Source: a virus
DNA length: 64,000 nucleotides
IMG/VR virus record: IMGVR_UViG_3300050166_000039
Location: 1-64,000 of that record
Direction: 5' to 3' (one strand)
Shown one piece after another: positions 55,418 through 62,874 of this stretch (positions are counted from its first letter, which is position 1; every line of letters starts with the position of its first letter). The position numbers and the translations under genes are program-made. The notes beneath the pieces were generated by a model that was given only the letters and a program-made list of their open reading frames with translations, did no database searches and was not told the origin of the DNA.

Positions 55418-56506
55418 ATGAAAAGTAATGAGTTCTTGAAGGCATACTTAAATGCCTATTCACCGGTTGCACAAGAGACCGAAGGTCAACAAATTTGGGT
55501 TGACTACGTAAAACAATTCACCAATGAAGTTAAGGTAGATGCTTATGGCACTGCAGTTGCCAGAGTTCAAGGTTTTCAACCTATTTTACAACATAGAATG
55601 GGTATACCATATAAAGTTGTGATTGAAGCCCATTGTGATGAGATTGCATGGATTGTAACTCAAATCGAGAAAGAAGGCTTTATTAGAGTTGCAAGACACG
55701 GCGGCTCAGATAACATGATTGCTGCCTCTAAAACTGTCCTAATTCACACCCATAAAGGGCAGAAAGTACCAGGAGTTTTTGGGCACCCAGCTATTCATAC
55801 TCGAGATTCACGTGTGGAATTAGGACCTGAGTACCATGAGTTATGGATTGACTTGGGTGTTGACTCCGATGAGAAGGTATTAGAGCTTGGAGTTGAGGTT
55901 GGCAATGTAGTTACTTTCGACGATCAATTTAGTGAACTTGGAGACTACTATGTTGGCAGGTCATTGGATAATAAGATTGGCGGTTTCATTATCGCAGAGA
56001 CATTGAGAAGACTCACAGAGCTAAAAATAACCCTACCCTATGATTTATATGTAGTTAATTCAGTACAGGAAGAGGTTGGCTTATACGGTGCAAAGATGAT
56101 TGCCAAATCTTTAAAGGCTGACCTAGCACTGGTGCATGATGTTTGTCATGACACTAACACACCAAAGATGAACAAGGCGAAGGACTCCGATGTGAAAGGC
56201 GGTAAAGGCCCAACTCTAGAGTTCACAGCTCAGAACCATAGAATGATCATCTCTAAGTTAAGAGAGATTGCCGAAGCGTCAGCGATGGACTTACAGTTAC
56301 AGGTTGGTAGTTATGGTAATGACACTATGGCATTCTTCTTAGAGAATACTCCAACGGCAATTGTTGCAACACCATTAAAATACATGCACTCAACGTGTGA
56401 AATGGCTCACAAGCGAGACGTAGAAAATTGTATTAAATTATTTGTAAAATTTTTATGCAATATTAAACCAGAATGGATAGATACTGTAAAAGGTGAAACA
56501 TTCTAA
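55418..56506 (+). CDS. M42 family metallo-aminopeptidase
   Basis: EAHCDEI, SLDNKIGG, VQEEVGLYGA, DVCH, KYMHS; start ATG 55418. Confidence 0.92.
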   Translation: MKSNEFLKAYLNAYSPVAQETEGQQIWVDYVKQFTNEVKVDAYGTAVARVQGFQPILQHRMGIPYKVVIEAHCDEIAWIVTQIEKEGFIRVARHGGSDNMIAASKTVLIHTHKGQKVPGVFGHPAIHTRDSRVELGPEYHELWIDLGVDSDEKVLELGVEVGNVVTFDDQFSELGDYYVGRSLDNKIGGFIIAETLRRLTELKITLPYDLYVVNSVQEEVGLYGAKMIAKSLKADLALVHDVCHDTNTPKMNKAKDSDVKGGKGPTLEFTAQNHRMIISKLREIAEASAMDLQLQVGSYGNDTMAFFLENTPTAIVATPLKYMHSTCEMAHKRDVENCIKLFVKFLCNIKPEWIDTVKGETF

Positions 56507-57208
56507 GTGAAATTTCTTATAGCATTTTTATTACTATCATTTAGCATATTAGGGCAGGACACTACTAGACACAAGGCCTCAATTATGTTAAATGGTAGTT
56601 TTTCCGATATAAACGGGCAGTCTCAGATTGCAGCCAACGTTAATAACTCGTACTCCATTACTAGAAAGCATGTAGAAAACTTAACACTGCTTAAGTATCT
56701 GTATGTTCTTGAGAACGGCACTGTAATTATCAACGACCTGACCCTTAGAGTTCAGCCCAGATACTTAAAAAAGAACTGGAGTATCTTTGCATATCATCAA
56801 TTCTCTAGCATCTTATCCAGAAAAATAGACACCAGATATGAGTTTGCTCTCGGCGGAGGCCGCTATCTTATCAAGAAGAAAGATTTCTACTCAACCCTGT
56901 CCTACGCTACAATCTACGTTAATACTCGTTACAAGTCCAATTTAGATATTGCAAGTCTTAGACACTCTGGCAGGGTTCAAGTTGGTGGAAATATAGGCCG
57001 GATAACTTACGCCTTAGAAGCATTCTATCAGCCTACTTTCCAAGACTTTGATAACTATAACTATATGTATGACTTGAAGGTGTCGGTGCCGATTGTAAAG
57101 AGACTCTCATTCAATGTCAACTCCTACGGTAACTATGAGTCATTTAACTTAAAAGGGGTCAGCAACTCGAACGATATTCTGAGCCTAGGCTTCATCTACA
57201 ATTATTGA
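56507..57208 (+). CDS. Outer-membrane beta-barrel protein (DUF481-like)
   Basis: Signal peptide, alternating amphipathic strands, C-terminal LGFIYNY. Confidence 0.7.
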   Translation: MKFLIAFLLLSFSILGQDTTRHKASIMLNGSFSDINGQSQIAANVNNSYSITRKHVENLTLLKYLYVLENGTVIINDLTLRVQPRYLKKNWSIFAYHQFSSILSRKIDTRYEFALGGGRYLIKKKDFYSTLSYATIYVNTRYKSNLDIASLRHSGRVQVGGNIGRITYALEAFYQPTFQDFDNYNYMYDLKVSVPIVKRLSFNVNSYGNYESFNLKGVSNSNDILSLGFIYNY

Positions 57209-57218
57209 TATATAAACC

Positions 57219-57380
57219 ATGAAGAAAATGCTTAGCCTATTCTTTCTTGGCTTACTCTCATTCTTTACAGGGGCTCAAACCGTGCAACATGGCACGGGAA
57301 ATTGTTGTGCTGAATGTCAGTTAATGAAGGAAGAGACCCAAATCGAACTAGTTGAAGAAAAGAAAGAAGATGAAAGGTAG
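57219..57380 (+). CDS. Small secreted protein (53 aa, not in ORF track)
   Basis: MKKMLSLFFLG.. signal, CCAEC. Confidence 0.5.
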   Translation: MKKMLSLFFLGLLSFFTGAQTVQHGTGNCCAECQLMKEETQIELVEEKKEDER

Positions 57381-57975
57381 AGAAACATTACCCTATTTAT
57401 TAGACAGAACGGGCTTAATCGGTGCTGAGATTGGCGTTGAGACCGCTGCATTCAGTAAGTATCTATTAGACACAGGCTTATTCGAGAGACTGTACTCCAT
57501 TGATCCATGGGCTGCATTAATTCCAGGAGTTACCCAGGATGGCGAGCAGTACTACTCAGAGAATGCAATGAAGACCTATCTATTAGCAAAGGACACTCTT
57601 AGAATGTACGGAGATCAATCCAGGATCCTAAGAACAGAGTCAGGTAAAGCAGTTAAGTATTTTGAAGGTGCTGCCTTCGATTTCATCTTCTTAGATGGAG
57701 ATCATACTACACAAGGAGTTAAGCTGGATCTTGAGACCTGGTGGCCGAAAATTAAAGTAGGAGGCATGCTAGCCGGTCATGATTATTTTGATGTTGAAAT
57801 GGACTGTGGTAGTGGAATCATCTCTAACTTTGGAGTGAAGACGGCCGTTGATCGTTTTGTAGCCGAGAATGGCTTACAGCTCCATATAGTAGAAGAGCCT
57901 AATGATGCATTACAATGGCTACCTGAGCAAGAGCTGCCACAATGGGCAAGCTGGTACATCTTGAAACAAAAGTAA
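57370..57975 (+). CDS. Class I SAM-dependent methyltransferase (Methyltransf_24-like)
   Basis: GAEIGV, SIDPW, FIFLDGDH, GGMLAGHDY. Confidence 0.88.
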   Translation: MKGRETLPYLLDRTGLIGAEIGVETAAFSKYLLDTGLFERLYSIDPWAALIPGVTQDGEQYYSENAMKTYLLAKDTLRMYGDQSRILRTESGKAVKYFEGAAFDFIFLDGDHTTQGVKLDLETWWPKIKVGGMLAGHDYFDVEMDCGSGIISNFGVKTAVDRFVAENGLQLHIVEEPNDALQWLPEQELPQWASWYILKQK

Positions 57976-57998
57976 ACAGATCAATATAAGTTAAACAG

Positions 57999-58322
57999 AT
58001 GGCTAAATGTGATATACATATCTGGAACACAACCGACACTCAACCATGCTGGAAGTGTGAAGAGCTTAAATACAGTGAACGAAAAAAAGTTATTGATATG
58101 GCAAAGGAAACTTGTGTAATGTGTGGCAAAGAAACACCCTATGACATCAACGATCATGTAGATATGAGATTTGGTTACGTAGATGGTCTGGGTCAAACAT
58201 GTAAAGATTGTAATAGACTGCATAACATCAATGAAGTTATCATTGAAGTGCCAGGAAAATTAATCAGAGATACACCGAACGATCAGGAGTTAGGTGGAAA
58301 GATTAGAAGCTTATTAAGCTAA
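57999..58322 (+). CDS. Zn-binding hypothetical protein
   Basis: CxxH/CxxC pairs; class II promoter at 57963. Confidence 0.6.
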   Translation: MAKCDIHIWNTTDTQPCWKCEELKYSERKKVIDMAKETCVMCGKETPYDINDHVDMRFGYVDGLGQTCKDCNRLHNINEVIIEVPGKLIRDTPNDQELGGKIRSLLS

Positions 58323-58329
58323 ATTAAAT

Positions 58330-58480
58330 TGTAGAGTGGCGAAATTGGCAGACGCGCACTTCCTGTCTCGAAGGTGGGGATAACGAAATAAAGTAAGGAT
58401 ATCGGGGTAGACCACCAGCTTGCAAGCGCTATTGTCCTTAACCTAATTGCCCCTTGGTGGTTCGACTCCACCCTCTACAG
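58330..58480 (+). ncRNA. tRNA-like RNA with giant variable arm (GUC at loop centre)
   Basis: TGTAGAG/CTCTACA, Leu-type D arm, CTTC-CTGTCTC-GAAG, about 78-nt GGGG..CCCC arm, T arm. Confidence 0.72.
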
Positions 58481-58484
58481 CACT

Positions 58485-58511
58485 GAAAGCTAACTCCAAA
58501 GGTTAGCTTTC
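58485..58511 (+). terminator. Hairpin, probable terminator
   Basis: GAAAGCTAAC...GTTAGCTTTC. Confidence 0.55.
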
Positions 58512-58533
58512 TTCAATTAAAAAAAGCCTAACA

Positions 58534-59049
58534 ATGAATACATTTAAGATGAGCCCAAAGGGTCTCGCAATGACGAAGGAGTTTGAACAGTTAATGCTTA
58601 AACCATATTTGTGTCCGGCCGGAGTTCCCACCATTGGATATGGTTGTACCCGATACGAGAATGGCAAAGCAGTAACCTTAAAGGATTCACCTGTTACAGA
58701 AAAGAGAGCCACTGAGCTCTTATTAAATTCGTTAAAGGAGTACGAGAAGACAGTGAATACTTTTGTTCAAACTAAAATTACGCAGAATCAATTCGATGCT
58801 CTGGTTGATTTCTGTTTTAACGTAGGTGTTTCAGCCTTGAAAGCCTCAACCCTGTTAAAGAAAGTGAATCTATACCCGAATGACCCAACCATTGAGCTTG
58901 AATTTTTAAAGTGGTGCAAGGCTGACGGAGCTCACAACGGTAAAGACGATGACGGCGATGGAGAAGTAGATGAGAAAGGTGAAAAGCAAGTGCTAAAAGG
59001 CCTGTTAAGAAGAAGACAAGCCGAGGCAAAGTTATATTTTTCTAGATAA
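58534..59049 (+). CDS. Phage lysozyme (GH24)
   Basis: FE..YLCPAGVPTIGYG, QNQFDALVDFCFNVG, GLLRRRQAE. Confidence 0.9.
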   Translation: MNTFKMSPKGLAMTKEFEQLMLKPYLCPAGVPTIGYGCTRYENGKAVTLKDSPVTEKRATELLLNSLKEYEKTVNTFVQTKITQNQFDALVDFCFNVGVSALKASTLLKKVNLYPNDPTIELEFLKWCKADGAHNGKDDDGDGEVDEKGEKQVLKGLLRRRQAEAKLYFSR

Positions 59050-59632
59050 CATCATCGCTTTCCAGTAAAGTATATGTGAAGGAGTTTCCATGAATTTTGG
59101 AAGCTCTTTTACAGATAGACATAAATTCAGCAAAATCTTTTGCTCTTTTAAAAACTTGACAGCCTTCACTCCAGTTTTCAACCCAAGTAGATTCAGTTTT
59201 AGAATTAGATTTATGGATGTTGATGCCAAATAAACCTGTTTGTGGTTTAACCTCATCAAATTTAGTATCCTTGTTAGCATCTCTAAAAACGGTTAAGGGC
59301 TTAGATTGACAAAGAGCCTCATATTTACCTTTATGCGTTCCTATATAATAGGCACTTCTATATTGTCCAGGTTTTAGAATAGCAACTCCGATTGGATTAG
59401 TTACCATCATCATTGCCTTTGTGCCTGGGTCAGTTGTAATAGCCCATTCAAAATACTTCCACTCTCCGCCCTCTTTAAAACTAATAGTGATTAGGTCATC
59501 GAATAGGTTAGTAACCTTATCGTTAGTCTTTTTATTTCTAATGCCAACTATATTAACGTCAAGGTCTCCGTTTGTAAACCATTTATAATTCTTCTTAAGC
59601 ATTGACGCTTCAATCTGTTCTCTAGTGTACAT
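59042..59632 (-). CDS. L,D-transpeptidase-like cell-wall enzyme
   Basis: NIVGIR, TTDPG, FGINIH..WSEGCQV (His/Cys motif). Confidence 0.72.
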   Translation of the reverse strand: MYTREQIEASMLKKNYKWFTNGDLDVNIVGIRNKKTNDKVTNLFDDLITISFKEGGEWKYFEWAITTDPGTKAMMMVTNPIGVAILKPGQYRSAYYIGTHKGKYEALCQSKPLTVFRDANKDTKFDEVKPQTGLFGINIHKSNSKTESTWVENWSEGCQVFKRAKDFAEFMSICKRASKIHGNSFTYTLLESDDVI

Positions 59633-59678
59633 TGTAAACTTTTTTCATTTTATCTATATAACCACTAAAGCGATCAAA

Positions 59679-60275
59679 ATGGAGGTAAATTTCTCAGATA
59701 CATTCAAACAAAGCCTTAAACGGGTTTATTGGGAACAGAGTTGGCTGTATAAAGTCTATTCTTTTTTTAGAAGAGACCTATGGCAATTCTTCTCGAACAT
59801 ATACCGATTTAGAAAGGTACTATGGTCTCATAGATGGTGGGATTATCATTACACTCTAGAAGCATTGAAGACCTCTCTTGAGATTATGCAACTCGGCCTG
59901 ATTGAGAAGGGAATAGAAGAGGACCAGAGCCTAAATAAGAAGATTGAGAAGATAGGCAGAGCGATTCAGATTATTAATGGTAAGAACGAATTAGATTTCA
60001 TTGAGCGAGCAGAGGCTGAGTTAGGGCAGATCTTTCACCGGGATTGGCAGTTCGAAGACCTGGGTAATGGTACAAGTAGACTAATAGATACGTTTACACC
60101 CGAGGAGAAGGAGCACAACCGTAGAGTGTATGATAGAGCAAGTGAAATAGAAAGAGAAGAGTGGGAAGAGTTATGGCAAATCTTCAAAGGAAAGAATCAC
60201 AAGCAATGGAACCCCGATGAGATGTCATGGCATGAATGGTTCGATGGTGCAGGCATGGAGAGCTGGTGGGACTAA
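59679..60275 (+). CDS. Hypothetical phage protein
   Basis: Trp-rich, ends WWD; start ATG 59679 after class II promoter. Confidence 0.68.
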   Translation: MEVNFSDTFKQSLKRVYWEQSWLYKVYSFFRRDLWQFFSNIYRFRKVLWSHRWWDYHYTLEALKTSLEIMQLGLIEKGIEEDQSLNKKIEKIGRAIQIINGKNELDFIERAEAELGQIFHRDWQFEDLGNGTSRLIDTFTPEEKEHNRRVYDRASEIEREEWEELWQIFKGKNHKQWNPDEMSWHEWFDGAGMESWWD

Positions 60276-60302
60276 GATACATATAAAAAATATAGAATAA
60301 AG

Positions 60303-60869
60303 ATGAAACTAATTAAAGACTATGTGACCTGGTTATTTGAGTCTCAACAAGAAGAGGTCAATGAAGAGAAGCAGGGCTATGATTATGGCTGTGCGATGCT
60401 ATACTTTGATTTTCCAGAGATGGCAGAACTGCACGATAAGATCGATCCTGAGCACGTGTTTGTGGACCCGAAAGACCCTAGCTTTGGTCTCGAGACCGAG
60501 CCACATTGCACTCTATTATATGGTCTACACGATGATGTAACGACGGAAGTGGTAGAGAACGTAATGAAGAACTACGCCTTTGGTAACTGCACGATTCAGA
60601 ACGCTTCTCTATTTGAGAATGAGAAGTTTGATGTGCTTAAATTTGATGTAGCCGGTGATAATTTACATGACTGTAACAAGGAGCTGTGTAAGCTGCCTCA
60701 CACTACGAATTTTCCAGACTATCACCCACACATGACGGTCGCATACCTGAAACCGGGAATGGGAAAAGAGTATGCTGACATGTTTAGAGATAGAATGCAC
60801 GAGTTGAAGCCTAAATATATCGTCTACTCAAAACCCGATGGCAGTAAAGATAGAATTGAATTAAGATAA
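60303..60869 (+). CDS. 2H phosphoesterase (Acb1-like)
   Basis: Two HxT motifs: PHCTLLYG and DYHPHMTVAY. Confidence 0.8.
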   Translation: MKLIKDYVTWLFESQQEEVNEEKQGYDYGCAMLYFDFPEMAELHDKIDPEHVFVDPKDPSFGLETEPHCTLLYGLHDDVTTEVVENVMKNYAFGNCTIQNASLFENEKFDVLKFDVAGDNLHDCNKELCKLPHTTNFPDYHPHMTVAYLKPGMGKEYADMFRDRMHELKPKYIVYSKPDGSKDRIELR

Positions 60870-60870
60870 G

Positions 60871-61068
60871 ATGAGAGTAGGAGACCAATTTAGAACAAAT
60901 CCTCTAGCGGCTACACCCGGTGGCTCAACGATTCAGATAATTTATAAAGATGGCAGAGATATGATCTATGATAAGATTAAGTCTCCGGCGGCTTACATTG
61001 CAAAATTAAGTTTAAGCGAGATTAAGCAGCTTTTTATAAATGGTAGAGAGATAAAGATTGTAAATTAA
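60871..61068 (+). CDS. Hypothetical protein
   Basis: ORF in operon. Confidence 0.6.
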   Translation: MRVGDQFRTNPLAATPGGSTIQIIYKDGRDMIYDKIKSPAAYIAKLSLSEIKQLFINGREIKIVN

Positions 61069-61082
61069 TTGAAACTTTTTTG

Positions 61083-61137
61083 AAAATAAATGACCCGAGA
61101 TTTTTTAGTCTCGGGTTTTTTAGTTATATTTACCTAT
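61083..61137 (+). promoter_or_regulatory. Class I promoter module, stem-loop variant
   Basis: Match to repeat consensus. Confidence 0.8.
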
Positions 61138-61157
61138 AACAATTAAACAAGCACATT

Positions 61158-61592
61158 ATGAAAAACTCAAACATCATCTTAGCTAACAAAAAAGACATTC
61201 ATGTAACGAACGTATTAGAAGGATATAACTCTGGTAAGTTTCGCTTTGTGGTTAAATGTCGCGCAGGTTTCTTAACCGTTTATGATGCTCGTGATTTTGA
61301 GAATGAGCGTTACTTTAAGTATCCAGAGACCTTGGTAGCTGACTATAAGAAAAACTCATTGATGACAGTTCAATTTCAACCCGAAGGAACTGAATTTTGG
61401 TTGACAGTTTTTGCTCGTCAAGGCAAGAAGATTCCAGTGATCGATGAGACTATCTTAGCTAATCTTACCGTTGGCACTATCAATTCATGCTGGTTAAATA
61501 CAGCCTTATACAGCCAATCACAGTATCAATTAGTTGAAGCTAAAACCTGGGCAGATAAAGCCTTTGTACTGAATGAAAAAATAATTGCCTAA
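61158..61592 (+). CDS. Hypothetical protein
   Basis: Between two class I modules. Confidence 0.68.
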   Translation: MKNSNIILANKKDIHVTNVLEGYNSGKFRFVVKCRAGFLTVYDARDFENERYFKYPETLVADYKKNSLMTVQFQPEGTEFWLTVFARQGKKIPVIDETILANLTVGTINSCWLNTALYSQSQYQLVEAKTWADKAFVLNEKIIA

Positions 61593-61632
61593 ATATTTTT
61601 TTATTTCGGGAATTATAGTTATATTTACCTAT
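61578..61632 (+). promoter_or_regulatory. Class I promoter module
   Basis: Near-identical to 61923-61977. Confidence 0.8.
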
Positions 61633-61652
61633 AACAATTAAACAAGACGACG

Positions 61653-61937
61653 ATGTTTCCAATTTTAATTCCAAAAAGTCTCAAACTTAGTAGCACCGGG
61701 CCTTCAATCATCACCTTAAATAACTATACGTCATTAAGTGATGATCAGTTCTTTGCGAAATTAACAGAGACTTGTAACGAAGCCGGCGTCAATACAGCCC
61801 TGGGCTATATTGAAAAGTGGAACAACTTTGATTCTTTAAAAGAAGGAGAAAAGGTTAGATTTGTAAAAGAAATAGAAGAACCTGAGTATTTTACCTTCAA
61901 AGCCCGTTTTAAAAGAGCCTTAAAAATAATTGCCTAA
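61653..61937 (+). CDS. Hypothetical protein
   Basis: Between two class I modules. Confidence 0.6.
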   Translation: MFPILIPKSLKLSSTGPSIITLNNYTSLSDDQFFAKLTETCNEAGVNTALGYIEKWNNFDSLKEGEKVRFVKEIEEPEYFTFKARFKRALKIIA

Positions 61938-61977
61938 ATATTTTTTTATTTCGGCAATTATAGTTATATTTACCTAT
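61923..61977 (+). promoter_or_regulatory. Class I promoter module
   Basis: Match to repeat consensus. Confidence 0.8.
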
Positions 61978-61993
61978 CTTAAATAATAACAAC

Positions 61994-62224
61994 ATGAGCG
62001 AAGAGCAAATCTATAACGAGCAACAAGAGTACAAAGAGTATCAACGTCTAATCAATACCGTTGAGAGATTGACTCAAGCCGAATATGAGTTGTGTAAGAG
62101 ATGGAATCCTGAGGAGGCTTGGAAGTACTTAAACGATATCGGTGACGGTCGTTGGTTAAACATCAACGTTTACTCCGAGGTAGACAAAGAAGAGTATGAT
62201 TTACGCAGAGAACATGGCTTTTAA
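61994..62224 (+). CDS. Hypothetical protein
   Basis: ORF after class I promoter. Confidence 0.62.
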   Translation: MSEEQIYNEQQEYKEYQRLINTVERLTQAEYELCKRWNPEEAWKYLNDIGDGRWLNINVYSEVDKEEYDLRREHGF

Positions 62225-62402
62225 ACCAATCTAAAATGAACAAGTTCAAACCTTTTATTTTCACAGCGACCGGAGCATTAATGTTGGTTTGCTACACTGT
62301 CTTAGATCGCATCTATGGCGTAGAAGTCAGCTTTTCTAAGTATGCTCTATGCGTCATGGTAATCATTTTCGGGGTCTACTTAAATTCTAATCAAAAATAG
62401 TT

Positions 62403-62657
62403 ATGTTAAGCGCAGCAAAATATGTAATCGTCGATGGATTTGCCATCGTCTTCTCCGCCGGAATCAAACATAGTGATATGGTCAGCTCTAATAAAAAAGC
62501 TGAAGGTGCAGGATTTGTAAGATTTTCAACAGAAGTTGATGAATATGGAGAGACCATTATCAAGGCAGATGCTTATGGTAAATCTATCTCATTAGGCGTA
62601 GAATCACGAGAAAGAGATTCGAGAATTTTAACAATGCAAATTACTAATACGTATTAA
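62403..62657 (+). CDS. Hypothetical phage protein
   Basis: H..GAGFV..YGKSISLG. Confidence 0.62.
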   Translation: MLSAAKYVIVDGFAIVFSAGIKHSDMVSSNKKAEGAGFVRFSTEVDEYGETIIKADAYGKSISLGVESRERDSRILTMQITNTY

Positions 62658-62658
62658 T

Positions 62659-62874
62659 ATGTCAAAGAAAACAACTTATACTTTCAGGCCTATTTCATTT
62701 CCAAGTATCTTTTTTACCCTACCAACGGCAATGATCGGCTATCAAATTCATGGCAGTGTATTCTGGTCTATCATCGACTTTCTTTTCTGGCCGCTTGTAT
62801 GGATAAAATGGTTTATCTATCATGAAGTGACTCTTTCTATCATCAAGGCTGCTTTTAGCTGGTTCTTAGTGTAA
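62659..62874 (+). CDS. Small membrane protein
   Basis: Two hydrophobic segments. Confidence 0.6.
   Translation: MSKKTTYTFRPISFPSIFFTLPTAMIGYQIHGSVFWSIIDFLFWPLVWIKWFIYHEVTLSIIKAAFSWFLV

Noticed and set aside
2030-61977. Repeats as a CRISPR array or MITE/REP family
   Set aside because: Copies are dispersed singly, all in one orientation just before gene or tRNA starts; no spacers, cas genes, terminal inverted repeats or transposase.
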